From: an uncultured delta proteobacterium
GTDB taxonomy: Bacteria; Myxococcota_A; Polyangia; Polyangiales; JAFGIB01
Length of the DNA stretch: 64,000 nucleotides
Assembly: GCA_963778655.1 (NCBI GenBank)
Contig: CAVZVA010000002.1
Location: 544,001 to 608,000 of the forward strand
Direction: 5' to 3'
The notes under the pieces were generated by a model. That model had not been told where the DNA came from. It saw only the letters and a program-made list of their open reading frames with translations, and made no database searches. The position numbers and the translations under genes are program-made. This document shows positions 39,888 to 50,495 of the stretch, in pieces. The first letter of the stretch is position 1. Each line of letters opens with the position of its first letter.

Positions 39888-41087
39888 CTACCCTCTGCGC
39901 CAGGCGGGGCTCCAGGCGCCCAGCATCAGGCTGGAGGCACCGGCCAGGGCGGCGCCCAGGGCGAGCGCTGCGTGCGGGCTCGCGTTCTGCCACACGTAGC
40001 CGGTGAGCAGACCCGCGGGCACCGCGCTCGCGCCGACCACGAAGTTGTACAGCCCGAACGCGCGGCCCAGGGCCGAGGCCGGCGCCAGATCCTTGACGAT
40101 CGCGCGCTCACTCGGCTCGGTCAGCCCGTAGTACACGCCGTACACGACGAACAGCGCCCACGCCTGCCAGGCCGCGCTCGCCGCGCCCAGGCCCAGGTAG
40201 CAGACCGCATAGATGGTCCAGCCCATCACGATCAAGCGTGGTCGGGGCACGCGATCGGACCACGCGCCGCCGAAGTAGTTGCTCACCAGCTTCGAGACGT
40301 GCAGCACGGTCCACAGCATCGGCAGCAGCGCGACTTGCACTCCGAGCTGGCGCGCGCGCAGCAGCAGAAACGCGTCCGAGGAGTTGCCGAGCGAGAACAC
40401 GCCCACGATCAGCAGGTAGCGAAAGAAGGTGCCGGGCAGCCGCGGCGCCGGGGCCGCGGCGCGCCCCGCGGCCTGCTCGGCCGCGGGCGGCCGGCGCGCC
40501 GCCGGCTCGCGCGCGAAACGCAGCGCGGCCAGCGAGAGCAGCCCGGGTACCAGCGTCGCGAGGAATACCTGCCGCAGCGGCCAGCCGAGCGCGAGCAGCC
40601 CGCTGGCGATCAATGGACCGACCACGGCACCGGCGTGGTCCAGCGCGCGGTGCAGCCCGAAGGCGCGCCCCGCCTGCGCGGGCTCGACCGCGCCCGAGAT
40701 CATCACGTCGCGGGGTGCCGTGCGCAGGCCCTTGCCGATGCGGTCGGTCACCCGCACCGCGAGCACGTGCCAGGGCAGCGCGGCCAACCCCATCACCGGG
40801 CGCACCAGCGCCGCCAGTCCGTAGCCGAAGTACACCAGCGGCTTCTTCTTCGACGCGCGGTCGGCAAGGTAGCCCGCCGCCAGCTTGAGCAGGCTCGCGG
40901 TAGCGTCCGCCACGCCTTCGACCAGCCCCAGAAAGGTCGCCGACGCGCCGAGCGAAGCCACGAACACCGGCAGCAAGGGAAAGATCATCTCCGAGCCGAC
41001 GTCGGTGAAGAAGCTGGTCACGCCCAGCGCGACCACGGTCCTGGGCAGGCGGGCGGGGCGGCCGGAATCGGAGCTCGGTTCGCTCAT
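39888..41087 (-). CDS. MFS transporter
   Basis: TDVGSEMIFPLLP, GYLADR, DRIGKGLRTAPRD, GRAFGLHRALDHAGAVVGP; about 12 TM helices. Confidence 0.92.
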   Translation of the reverse strand: MSEPSSDSGRPARLPRTVVALGVTSFFTDVGSEMIFPLLPVFVASLGASATFLGLVEGVADATASLLKLAAGYLADRASKKKPLVYFGYGLAALVRPVMGLAALPWHVLAVRVTDRIGKGLRTAPRDVMISGAVEPAQAGRAFGLHRALDHAGAVVGPLIASGLLALGWPLRQVFLATLVPGLLSLAALRFAREPAARRPPAAEQAAGRAAAPAPRLPGTFFRYLLIVGVFSLGNSSDAFLLLRARQLGVQVALLPMLWTVLHVSKLVSNYFGGAWSDRVPRPRLIVMGWTIYAVCYLGLGAASAAWQAWALFVVYGVYYGLTEPSERAIVKDLAPASALGRAFGLYNFVVGASAVPAGLLTGYVWQNASPHAALALGAALAGASSLMLGAWSPAWRRG

Positions 41088-41187
41088 CTAGACGCCGGCA
41101 TCTTGGCGTCCGCCCGCGCGCGCCGTCAACGCCGCGGAGCCGCGCCTGCTCGCTTGCACGCTCCCAAGCCGCGCTTATTTCAAGCTC

Positions 41188-41517
41188 ATGCCGACCCCCG
41201 CGCAGATCTCCTTTCGCGGTATGGAACCCTCCCCCGCGGTCGACGAGCGCATTCGCGAGCGCGTCGCTCGTCTCGAGCGCATTCACGATCGCATCACCCG
41301 CTGCTCGGTGACGGTGAGCGCGCCGCACCAGCACCAGCACAAGGGCAAGCTGTACGACGTGCGCGTCGACGTACGCGTGCCCGGCGGCGAGGTGGTGGCC
41401 ACCCTGGAGGGCTCGCAGAACCACGCCCACGAGGACGTGTACGTGGCCATCCGCGACGTCTTCGATGTCGCCGAGCGCAGGCTGGAGGAGCTGGCGAGAA
41501 AACACCGCGGCGGTTAG
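41188..41517 (+). CDS. HPF/RaiA family ribosome-associated protein
   Basis: QISFRGMEPSPAV..ITRCSV..HQHKG..VRVPG..EDVYVAIRDVFD.AERRL. Confidence 0.85.
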   Translation: MPTPAQISFRGMEPSPAVDERIRERVARLERIHDRITRCSVTVSAPHQHQHKGKLYDVRVDVRVPGGEVVATLEGSQNHAHEDVYVAIRDVFDVAERRLEELARKHRGG

Positions 41518-41541
41518 TGGTTAATGACCGGGAGGGTCACG

Positions 41542-42046
41542 CGACCCTCCCGCCCCACCGGCAAAGCCGTTGGGGCCCCACCCTCCCGCGTGGCTCGCTT
41601 CGCTCGCTCCCGAGCTTGCTGCCTCTCGCCTCGGCTCACCCGACCCTCCCGCCCCACCGGCAAAGCCGTTGGGGCCCCACCCTCCCGCGTGGCTCGCTTC
41701 GCTCGCTCCCGAGCTTGCTGCCTCTCGCCTCGGCTCACCCGACCCTCCCGCCCCACCGGCAAAGCCGTTGGGGCCCCACCCTCCCGCGTGGCTCGCTTCG
41801 CTCGCTCCCGAGCTTGCTGCCTCTCGCCTCGGCTCACCCGACCCTCCCGCCCCACCGGCAAGGCCGTTGGGGCCCCACCCTCCCGCGTGGCTCGCTTCGC
41901 TCGCTCCCGAGCTTGCTGCCTCTCGCCTCGGCTCACCCGACCCTCCCGCCCCACCGGCAAAGCCGTTGGGGCCCCACCCTCCCGCGTGGCTCGCTTCGCT
42001 CGCTCCCGAGCTTGCTGCCTCTCGCCTCGGCTCACCCGACCCTCCC
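41542..42046. repeat. Tandem array of five near-identical 99 bp palindromic units plus a partial sixth
   Basis: Units start at 41542, 41641, 41740, 41839 and 41938 (partial at 42037). One difference seen (AAA>AAG in unit 4). Internal hairpin CCCCACCGGC-AAA-GCCGTTGGGG. Lies between convergent genes. Confidence 0.95.
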
Positions 42047-42060
42047 TCGCCGGATCGGAC

Positions 42061-42130
42061 CTCCCAGCAAGACGGGAAGGCAGGAATTGCTGGTGTACGG
42101 GCTCTTCCCGCCCTCCCGTCTTGCTGGGAG
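42061..42130. repeat. REP-like long inverted repeat (family 2)
   Basis: Perfect 17 bp arms CTCCCAGCAAGACGGGA / TCCCGTCTTGCTGGGAG, extending further with two mismatches. Confidence 0.8.
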
Positions 42131-42144
42131 ATCGCCTCGACGGA

Positions 42145-45100
42145 TCAGCGCGCGCTCGAGAACTCGGGCTTGGACCGGCACAGCCACAGCTGCACCAGCC
42201 GCTCGAAGCTGTCGCAGCGCAGCTGATCCTTGGCGTAGTCACAGGTGAACGGCGGGGTGTCGGCGGTGCCGGCGTACGGCTCGCACTTGACGTGCAGGTC
42301 GAAGGCATCGCGATCGCCGCGCGCCATGAACACGATGTTCGAGTCCGCCCGCTTGTGCCGATCGGCCACCGCGCGCACGTCGAACTTGGGCGCCACCCGC
42401 TTGGCGTCGTCGAAGGCCACCTCGCCGCGCGTGACCTGGAACTGGTCCCCATGGAACAGCACGCGCCCGCGGGTGATCGCCAGCTTGCCGACCACGCCGA
42501 AGCGCTGATCGCTGCCGACCACCCGCAGCTTGTGATCGGCCCCTTGCACCGCGAGCTCGGCGTCCAGGAAGTTGTTGCGCACGCGCAGCGCGCCCTGCTG
42601 CTCGAGCTCCAGGTCGAAGCGCAGGCGATCGCGGGCGGCCGAGAAGCTCGCCATGTCTGCGCGGTCCTGGCGGTTGAGCGAGGTCAACGCCTGCGGCAGC
42701 TGGATGTGCCTGCCGAAGAGCAGGTCCTTGACGCCAAACGAGCCGGTCAGCTCGGGAACCGTATCGCCACCGGACCAGCGTAAGTGGCTATCGCAGTCGA
42801 AGGTCACCTCGAGCTTGGGCTCCGGCTCGAGCGCGACCCGATCGGCCGTGATCGCCAGGTCGTAGCTGCCCACGTGCAGTCCCTGCAGCGCAAGCTGGCC
42901 ACCGACCTGCAGCGTGCCGCCGCCGACCTGCGCGCTGACGCCGTCGAGCGTCACGCGGCCGTCCTCGAGCACCAGCTTGCCGTGCAGCTTGCGTAGCGAC
43001 ATCCCGGGCTCGACGCGCACCAGCACCTCGCTGGTCTCGGCTTCGGCGCGCAGCCTCGGCTCGGTGCCCAGGCTCCACGCCACGTGCACGCCCACGTCGC
43101 CGAACGCCTGCACCAGCGGCTCGCTGGAGCGCGTGAACAAGCTGGCTGCGGCCGTGCCGTCCGCGAGCAGCTGCGGCTGTTTGCGCAGCGTGCCTGACGC
43201 GCCGAGCGCGAGCTCGATCTTGGGGCCCAACAGCCGCCCCTCGTGCAGCTCGAGCTTGCCTTCGCGCACCTGCAGCTCGAACGGCTTGGGGCTGGCCAGC
43301 GCGAGCGCGCCCTGACCCAGCTCCAGCTTGCGCACCTGCAGCCGCGCGGAGAGCCGCTCCGGCTGTGCGAGGCCGCCGCCCTCGAAGCTCAAGCGCGCGC
43401 TCAGCGCGCCGTGCGAGCGCACGCCCGGCGCCCGCTCCGGCAAGAAGGCCGAGAGATCGAAGTCGTCGAGCGCGAGACTGCCGCGCACGCTGCGCTCGGC
43501 CGAAGCCGACAGCCCGAGGTCCGCGTGCAGCCGGCCTCCCAACCCCTCGCCGCAGATCAACCACGCGCCCGCGGTGGCGCCGCGCAAGGCGGCCCGGCCT
43601 GCGCCGCAGCCGCTCGCGCTGGTGCTGGCCGCCGCGCCCGACTCGCTCGCGTCGTCGCCCGCGCCCAGCAGGCGCGCGCGCAGCTGCGCGCCGCCGAGCT
43701 TGTGCCCGGCGAGCGCCAGCGCGTCAAGCGCCAGCTCGGCGCGCGCGCGCGGCTGCTCCGAGCTGCCGCTCAGCGCGCCCGTTCCGCGCACGCGCCCCGT
43801 GATCTGCGGCAAGTAGCTCTGCAGCCAGGGCAAGCGCTGCAGCGGCAGCTTGTCGAGCGCGAGGCTCATCGCCAGCGCGCCGCGCTCGAGCTTGCCGGCC
43901 AGCTCGAGCTTGCCGCCGTCCGCCTGGAGCGCGAGCTGCTGCAAAGTGAGCGCGCCCGTGCCCAGGCCGCGCTCGGCATCGGGCAGCTCGATCCGCGCCT
44001 GCAGCTTGCCGCCGTCGAAGCGGTAGCCGTCGAGGCTGGCGTCGCCGAGCGCGAGCGAAAGCCCGAGCTCGAGCTTGCCGCCCTGGCTCGCGTGCGGCTC
44101 GCGCGCGAAGTCGAGCTCGGCGTTGCCGGCAGCCACACCCTGGAGCCGCGACAGCGCCGGATCGTCGGCCGCGCCCAGCAGCCGGTACAGATCGGCCAGC
44201 GGCAGCCGCGCGATCCGCACCTTGGCGTGCAGCTCGGCGAGCCCGCCGGCGATCCGCAACGCCAGCGGCTGCGCGATCAGCCGGCGCTGCGCGCCCGCGA
44301 TCTCGGCGCGCGTGAAGCGCAGGCTGTGCCCGCCGTCCTGCACCTCGAGCTCGGCCAGCGTACGGCCGAGCTCCACGCCCGCGAGCGATCCGCCGCCGAG
44401 CGCGAGCGATGCGTGTAGCTCCGGCGCCTGCAGCGCGCCGCGCGCCTGCAGCGCGACTCGCCCGTGCCCCGCGACCGCGGCGCCGGCCAGCGGCGAGAAA
44501 TCCGCCAGCTCGACCTGATCGCCGGCGAGGGTGGCGTCGAGCGCGCCGTTCCATCCGGCTCGCGCCTCGCCCGCGAGCGTGCTGCCGGCCACCTGCGCCT
44601 GCAAGCCGTGCAGCGCAACGCCGGCCGCGTCGATGCGCAGGTCCGCGCGGCTCTTCACGGATGCGAGCGCGAGCCAGGCCGCGCCGCGCGCGCCGGACGC
44701 GGCTTGCGCGCCGTCGACCCGCAGCGCGCGCAGCTCGAGCGCGAGCGGGCCGGAGAGCGCGAGCGGTTGCAGCGTGCCGCGCAGCTGGACGCGCCCCTCG
44801 AGCAACGCATCGCAGGCAGGCGGCGCGAGCCCGAGCTGCGTGAGCGCCGCCCGCAGCCGCAGCGCGTGCGGCTCGAGCGTGAGCTGAAGCGTGCCGTCCC
44901 GGCCCGGCTGAAGCGCGGCCGAAAGCCCGAGCGTGCCCGCGCCGGCACCGAGCTCGAGCGTGCCGCGCAGCCCGACGCGGCCCGCGTCGGCGTGCCAGCT
45001 CAGCGCCAGCGCGCGGCCCAGCGCGCGGCCCTGCAGCCGCGCGTGCTCCAGCCACAGCTGCCCTTGGCCGCGCGTCGCGCCGGCTCCCGGGTGCAACACG

Positions 45101-45699
45101 CCCCGCGCGCGCAGGCCGCCGCTCAGCAGCTCCGCGCCCGCGCGCTGCAGCCGCGCGTCGCCTGCCTCGAGCCGCGCGTGCAGCGCGCCACCGCCGCTCA
45201 GCTGCAGCGAGGCGTGCGCCAGCGACAGGCTCCCGGAGTCGGGCAGCTGCAACAGCACCCGGCTGTCGCGCAGCGACAAGCCCGCGAGCCGTTCGGCGGC
45301 CCCACTGCGTCGCAACAGGCGCGCGAGCCAATCCTCGGCCGCAGCCCCACCTGCGCCGAGCGAGGCGCGCAGCGTCGCCCGCCGCAGCTGCACGGCGCGT
45401 GGCTCGATGCGGCCGCGCAGCAGACTGCGCCACGAGACGCGCAGACGCAGCTCGTCGGCGGCGAGCACCTGCCGGCCCGACGCGTCCGCCAGCGTGACGC
45501 CCCGCGCCCGCAGTGAGAGCGCGGCGAAATCGAGATCCGCCTCGCGCACCTGCGCGCGTCCTCCCAGCAGCTCGCCGAGCGCCCGCGCCACCTCCTCGCG
45601 GGCGTGCGCGCGAAGCTGCTGAAGCCGCAGCGCAGCGACCGAGCCGAGCAGCGCGATCGCGACCAGGAGCACAACCGACGCTTTTCGCAACCCAGCCAC
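42145..45699 (-). CDS. TamB/AsmA-like translocation and assembly module protein
   Basis: N-terminal TM anchor, long amphipathic beta-strand repeats, DUF490-like C-terminus (LRVRNNFLDAEL..GRVLFHGDQFQVTRGEVAF..PKFDVRA). Start uncertain. Confidence 0.75.
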   Translation of the reverse strand: MAGLRKASVVLLVAIALLGSVAALRLQQLRAHAREEVARALGELLGGRAQVREADLDFAALSLRARGVTLADASGRQVLAADELRLRVSWRSLLRGRIEPRAVQLRRATLRASLGAGGAAAEDWLARLLRRSGAAERLAGLSLRDSRVLLQLPDSGSLSLAHASLQLSGGGALHARLEAGDARLQRAGAELLSGGLRARGVLHPGAGATRGQGQLWLEHARLQGRALGRALALSWHADAGRVGLRGTLELGAGAGTLGLSAALQPGRDGTLQLTLEPHALRLRAALTQLGLAPPACDALLEGRVQLRGTLQPLALSGPLALELRALRVDGAQAASGARGAAWLALASVKSRADLRIDAAGVALHGLQAQVAGSTLAGEARAGWNGALDATLAGDQVELADFSPLAGAAVAGHGRVALQARGALQAPELHASLALGGGSLAGVELGRTLAELEVQDGGHSLRFTRAEIAGAQRRLIAQPLALRIAGGLAELHAKVRIARLPLADLYRLLGAADDPALSRLQGVAAGNAELDFAREPHASQGGKLELGLSLALGDASLDGYRFDGGKLQARIELPDAERGLGTGALTLQQLALQADGGKLELAGKLERGALAMSLALDKLPLQRLPWLQSYLPQITGRVRGTGALSGSSEQPRARAELALDALALAGHKLGGAQLRARLLGAGDDASESGAAASTSASGCGAGRAALRGATAGAWLICGEGLGGRLHADLGLSASAERSVRGSLALDDFDLSAFLPERAPGVRSHGALSARLSFEGGGLAQPERLSARLQVRKLELGQGALALASPKPFELQVREGKLELHEGRLLGPKIELALGASGTLRKQPQLLADGTAAASLFTRSSEPLVQAFGDVGVHVAWSLGTEPRLRAEAETSEVLVRVEPGMSLRKLHGKLVLEDGRVTLDGVSAQVGGGTLQVGGQLALQGLHVGSYDLAITADRVALEPEPKLEVTFDCDSHLRWSGGDTVPELTGSFGVKDLLFGRHIQLPQALTSLNRQDRADMASFSAARDRLRFDLELEQQGALRVRNNFLDAELAVQGADHKLRVVGSDQRFGVVGKLAITRGRVLFHGDQFQVTRGEVAFDDAKRVAPKFDVRAVADRHKRADSNIVFMARGDRDAFDLHVKCEPYAGTADTPPFTCDYAKDQLRCDSFERLVQLWLCRSKPEFSSAR

Positions 45700-46015
45700 C
45701 TCACCCCTAACGATGCCGGTGCGAGCTCCGTGCCCAACCTCGGCGCCCGAGCCCGCAGCCCGCCGGTCTCCCGCGCGCGGGCAAATTCCGTGCGCGATCG
45801 ACTTCACCCAGGCATACGCAGCTGGCGCCGGAGCGTCAAACCCGCAGCTGCGTGCGCTCACGTTTTGAGCCGTTTTGACAATGCTTTCGCGCAGCTGGCC
45901 GCGGCGCCGCCGCGCCCGCCGGCGACCGCGGCCGCACGCACCCGAGCCGGTGCCCCGCCCGTGAAGGCCTGGCCTCCCCCCGCAATTCATTGTATCTCTT
46001 AATTATCCGCGGTGG

Positions 46016-47776
46016 TTGGGAGGTTCGGTGTCCCTCAGGCAGTGCCCCAAATGTGACGCGCGTTTCCGCGGGGATATCAAGCTCTGCCCTATCGACGGCG
46101 AACTGCTCACCACACCGAGCGATCCCTTCATCGGCACCGTGATCGCGGGCCGCTACCTGATCGAAGAGCTGCTCGGGGTCGGCGGCATGGGCTCGGTCTA
46201 CCGCGCGCGCCACCAGTTCATCGGCCGCCACGTCGCGCTCAAGTTCCTCGACGCCTCGCTCACCAAGAACGAACGCTTGCGCAAGCGCTTCCTGGGCGAG
46301 GCCCGCGCCGCCAACCAGATCAACCACGAGCACATCATCGACATCACCGACTTCGGCGAGACCGAGGGCGGCGTGGTCTACATGGTGATGGAGTACCTCG
46401 AGGGGCAGTCGCTCGAGGAGGAGCTGGAGAAGGGCCCGCTCGAGCTGCGCCGGGCCCTGCGGATTGCGCTGCAGGTCGCGCTCGGGCTGGGACGCGCGCA
46501 CGAGCTCGGCGTGGTGCACCGCGACATCAAGCCGGGCAACATCCACCTCAGCCGCCGGCGCATGGACCGCGACTTCGTCAAAGTGCTCGACTTCGGTGTC
46601 GCCCGCATCGAGCACGACGCGCGCATCACCGGGCAGAACATGATCGTGGGCACGCCGGAGTACATCGCGCCCGAGCAGATCCGTTCCGCGGCGCCAGCGC
46701 CGGCCTCCGACCTGTACTCGCTGGGCTGCGTGCTGTTCGAGATGCTGACCGGCCGCATCCCATTCGACGGCAAGACCACGGTGCTGCTGGTCAAGCACAT
46801 TAACGAGCTGCCGCCCGCTCCCTCCAGCATCAACCCCTCCATCCCGCCCCAGGCGGAGCGACTGGTGCTCAAGCTGCTGGAGAAGAAGCCCGAGAACCGC
46901 CACCGCGACGCGTATCACCTGGTGGAGGATCTGCAGCGTTTGCTCGACACGCTGCCCGGCGCCGGCAGCAGCAGCCGCCCCAACACCAATCCCTCGAGCA
47001 CCACCGGACCGGTCGAGCTGGAGCTCGAGCTCAAGCGCGAGGCCGAAGAGGAAGGCTGGGCGCGCACTGCGGAGCTCTATCGGCAGCTCGCCTACGAGGC
47101 CCACGGCGCGAGCGGCGGGCCCGACTGGCTGCCGGGCGCGATTGCCGCGCTGGAGCAGGCGGTCGCAGACGTACGCGGGCTGCGCCGGCGGCTGGAGGAC
47201 ACCGCGGCCAAGGGCACCGAGCAGCAGGAAGCGGTGCGCCGCCCCCGCGACCAGATCGGCCACGCGCTCGACGAGCTGGCCCAAGACGACAGCCGCCTCG
47301 GCGGCCAGCTCACCGAGCTGAGCGCCCAGCTGGAGCCGGCCGAGTCGCGCCTGGACGCGGCGCTGCATGCGGTGCTGACGGAAATCGGCGGCGTGCCGCA
47401 AACGCTGCGGGCGGGCGAGCTGGTGACGGAGCAGGACCAGACGGCGCTACGCGACCTAGTGCGTGTGGCCTCGGAGCTCTCGCTCGCGCGCGACGTGGTC
47501 TCGGGCCTGCGCGCGCGCATCGCCCGCAAGAAGCTCGAGCGCAAAGATCTGCGCTTCCAGATGGCGCAGCTCAAGCGCCAGCTCGAGCAGGTCAATCAGA
47601 CCTCGACCGTGGACATGGAGCTCTGGCACGAGGAGGTCGACCGTCTGGGCACCGAGATCCAGCACCGGCTCGAGGCCATCGTGCCGCTGGCCAAGCGCAT
47701 CTCCGGCCATTTCGGCGGCTATCCCGAGCTGCGCGTCCGCCTGGTCCAGGACCGCGCCCACATCACCATGTCGTAG
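46016..47776 (+). CDS. Cytoplasmic Ser/Thr kinase with N-terminal Cys knuckle and C-terminal coiled coil
   Basis: CPKC..CPIDG; GVGGMGSVY, HRDIKPGN, DFG, GTPEYIAPE; helical tail with no TM. Confidence 0.9.
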   Translation: MGGSVSLRQCPKCDARFRGDIKLCPIDGELLTTPSDPFIGTVIAGRYLIEELLGVGGMGSVYRARHQFIGRHVALKFLDASLTKNERLRKRFLGEARAANQINHEHIIDITDFGETEGGVVYMVMEYLEGQSLEEELEKGPLELRRALRIALQVALGLGRAHELGVVHRDIKPGNIHLSRRRMDRDFVKVLDFGVARIEHDARITGQNMIVGTPEYIAPEQIRSAAPAPASDLYSLGCVLFEMLTGRIPFDGKTTVLLVKHINELPPAPSSINPSIPPQAERLVLKLLEKKPENRHRDAYHLVEDLQRLLDTLPGAGSSSRPNTNPSSTTGPVELELELKREAEEEGWARTAELYRQLAYEAHGASGGPDWLPGAIAALEQAVADVRGLRRRLEDTAAKGTEQQEAVRRPRDQIGHALDELAQDDSRLGGQLTELSAQLEPAESRLDAALHAVLTEIGGVPQTLRAGELVTEQDQTALRDLVRVASELSLARDVVSGLRARIARKKLERKDLRFQMAQLKRQLEQVNQTSTVDMELWHEEVDRLGTEIQHRLEAIVPLAKRISGHFGGYPELRVRLVQDRAHITMS

Positions 47777-47860
47777 CCGGCCGCGGGGCCGCGGGGCCGC
47801 ACGGGCCGCACGCAGCGTGGTATGGTGCGCTCCCTTCGAGCCCCAGGGAGAGCACCCACC

Positions 47861-48649
47861 ATGCAGACCGCAATTTCCACCCCCAACCTGAACCTCGACG
47901 GCAAGGTCGCGATCGTGACCGGCGCGAGCCGCGGCATCGGCGAGGCGATCGCGCGCGCCCTGGCCAAGCACGGCGCGAGCGTGGTGCTGTCGGCGCGCAA
48001 GCTGGAAGGCTTGCAGCGCGTCGCGGAGGCAATCGCGGCCGAGGGCGGAAAGGCCAAGCCGCTGCCCTGTCACGCGGGCCACGAGCAGGAAATCCAGCAA
48101 CTGGTGGCCGGCGCGGTGGACGCGTACGGCAAGGTCGACATCCTGATCAACAACGCGGCGACCAACCCCTATTTCGGCCCGCTGCTCAACGTGGAATGGC
48201 CCGCCTGGGACAAGACCTTCGAGGTCAACACCAAGGGCTACTTCATGGCCATCCGCGAGGTGGTCAAGCACCTGCAGGCCCGCAACGCGCCGGGCTCGAT
48301 CGTCAACATCGCCAGCGTGGCGGGCCTGGGCGCGGCCGTGTTCCAGGGTGTCTACGGAATGACCAAAGCCGCGGTGATCTCGATGACGCAGACGCTGGCG
48401 GCCGAGCTGGGCGGCACCGGCATCCGCATCAACGCGATCGCGCCCGGCCTGGTCGAGACCAAATTCGCCGGCGCGCTGCTGCAGAACCCCGAGGCGCTCA
48501 AGCGCATGCAGTCGACCACGCCGGTGCGCCGCATCGGCCAGCCGGATGACATCGCGGGCCTGGCGCTGTTGCTCGCAAGCGACGCGAGCAACTTCGTGAC
48601 CGGCCAGACCTGGGTCGCCGATGGCGGCTCGCGCCTGCGCGCGATCTGA
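47861..48649 (+). CDS. SDR family oxidoreductase
   Basis: TGASRGIG, NNAATNP, YGMTK, NAIAPG. Confidence 0.92.
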   Translation: MQTAISTPNLNLDGKVAIVTGASRGIGEAIARALAKHGASVVLSARKLEGLQRVAEAIAAEGGKAKPLPCHAGHEQEIQQLVAGAVDAYGKVDILINNAATNPYFGPLLNVEWPAWDKTFEVNTKGYFMAIREVVKHLQARNAPGSIVNIASVAGLGAAVFQGVYGMTKAAVISMTQTLAAELGGTGIRINAIAPGLVETKFAGALLQNPEALKRMQSTTPVRRIGQPDDIAGLALLLASDASNFVTGQTWVADGGSRLRAI

Positions 48650-48684
48650 ATCCGGGCCGCTTTCGGCGCGCGGCGGCGGCTCGC

Positions 48685-50328
48685 TCAGCGTCGTCGCGGC
48701 GCTCGACGGCCGCCGGCGCGGGCCTCCTCGCGCGCGACGCGAGCGGCGAGCGCCGAGGCCACCGCGTCGCGGTGCTCGGCCAGCACCTCTGCCGGGCCCA
48801 TGCCCGGAAAGCGCTGCATGGCCGCATAGAGCGCCTGGCTCATCCATGCAAAGCTGAACACCGACAGCGAAAAGCCGTGGACCTTCACGCGCAGCACGGG
48901 CATCAAGCCACGCGCCAGCGGCAAGTACAGATCGTCGACCACGATCCAGCTCAGCTCGGGATCGCGCGGCCGAGAGACTGGCGCCGGAGTGATCAGGCCG
49001 CCCCAGTCGTACATACGCAGCTCCGAGTCGTAGCCCAAGGTGCCGACCTCGACCGCCCCAACCGTGTCGCCCGGGTGCGCATGGCGCCGCAGAAAGCTCG
49101 CCGCCTCGGAGTAGGCTGCGTCGCGCGCTCCAAACCAGTACTCCGTCCCGTTGCGCTGAGCGAAGCGAAAGGTGCGTTGCGCGAACCAGCCCACGCTCGC
49201 GGTCGCGACCACCACGCAGAGCGCGATCCCGCCTGCGCGGGGCAGCCGCGATTGCAACCGTGCGCAGCCACGTGACAGCGCGACGGCCGCCAGCAACAGC
49301 GCCACGAGCCGCAGCGGGTACAGGTGCCAGGTGTGCTGGGTGAAGGGGCGCAGGAACGCGTACGCGACGAAGTGGCCCGCGCCGTAGGCCAGCAGCAGCC
49401 CCTGGCCCCGGCCGTGGCGCCACAGCGAGACGCCGCCGAGGATCACCAGCAGCCACGCCAGTAGCAACCAAGCTCCATCGCCCGAGCCTGCCACCAGCGT
49501 GCTCACGCTGTTGCGCAGCTCGTGCACCACGTACTCTACGAACGGGGTGTTGCCGTGCTTGACCCGCGCGGGTTGAGGCAGCGGGCTGCCGTAATAGCCG
49601 AGCGCGAAAAGCTGCCACGGCAGCGTGATCCCAAGGAACACCCCGAGCACCGGCCGGGCCAGTCTCAGGCGCGAGCGGCCGCCCGCGAGCGCCGCAGGCG
49701 AACGCCAGATCACGACGAAGAGCAGCAGCGCGTAGAGGTATGCGTCCGGACGCAACAAGCCTGCCAGCGCGGCGAGCGCCGCGGCGGCCACGAAGCGCCC
49801 TCGCACCGCAACCGCCATCGACCACAACACGCAGGCGGCGACCAGATTGGTCTCGAGCGCGACCACGGCGGCCGACCCGGCGGCGCCTGCCGCGACCAGC
49901 GCAGCGGCGAGCGCGGCCGCCCAGCTGCCCACGACGGCCCGCAGCAGCGCGAAGCTCGCCAGGGCCTGCGCCGACCATCCGACGCAGCCGAGCACCGCCA
50001 TCGCGGACGGGAACGCCTGCTTGCCGACCAGCGCGTACAGCAGCGATCCGAGCAGCATGTCCCCGGGCGCTGTCGTGCCCAGCACGTGCTCTCCCAGGTT
50101 GAATACCGGGCCGTTGCCGCGCGCGAGGTTCTCCGCGTAGCGAAAGGTGATGAACGCGTCATCGTGGCGCACGCCGTAGAACAACAGGCTCTGCACCACG
50201 CACACACCGACCGCACACGCGAGCGCCAACCGCGCAGGTCGGTCAAACAGGGGCGGCGCCGCGATGCCGTTCTCCGGCGGCGGCGCCGTCCGCGCGCTGT
50301 CTGTGTTTGCGCTGTCCTGCGCGTGCAC
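48685..50328 (-). CDS. Polytopic membrane protein, GT-C (PMT-like) glycosyltransferase-type
   Basis: HDDAFITFRYAENLARGNGPVFN, LET, LRPD, many TM helices, C-terminal EVGTLGY..DWGGL. Confidence 0.72.
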   Translation of the reverse strand: MHAQDSANTDSARTAPPPENGIAAPPLFDRPARLALACAVGVCVVQSLLFYGVRHDDAFITFRYAENLARGNGPVFNLGEHVLGTTAPGDMLLGSLLYALVGKQAFPSAMAVLGCVGWSAQALASFALLRAVVGSWAAALAAALVAAGAAGSAAVVALETNLVAACVLWSMAVAVRGRFVAAAALAALAGLLRPDAYLYALLLFVVIWRSPAALAGGRSRLRLARPVLGVFLGITLPWQLFALGYYGSPLPQPARVKHGNTPFVEYVVHELRNSVSTLVAGSGDGAWLLLAWLLVILGGVSLWRHGRGQGLLLAYGAGHFVAYAFLRPFTQHTWHLYPLRLVALLLAAVALSRGCARLQSRLPRAGGIALCVVVATASVGWFAQRTFRFAQRNGTEYWFGARDAAYSEAASFLRRHAHPGDTVGAVEVGTLGYDSELRMYDWGGLITPAPVSRPRDPELSWIVVDDLYLPLARGLMPVLRVKVHGFSLSVFSFAWMSQALYAAMQRFPGMGPAEVLAEHRDAVASALAARVAREEARAGGRRAPRRR

Positions 50329-50495
50329 CCGCCCACGTTACACGAGTTGCGTGGCGCTTGGCGCGCCGCCGGCCGCGCGCCGGCGGTGGCGCGTTCGTGG
50401 ACGCCGCTCGCCGGATGGCAATCGGCCGACTCGCCGGGCTGGCCAAGGGTCGCGCTCGAAGATTGCGCTTCGATCCTGGATCGTGAACCCTGCTT

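Noticed and set aside
41542..42046. CRISPR array
   Set aside because: Units are contiguous 99 bp copies with no unique spacers, and there are no cas genes in the window.
41514..42783. ORFs with 33 aa repeats on both strands
   Set aside because: By-product of a stop-free 99 bp unit; they overlap the TamB-like gene and show no recognisable domain.
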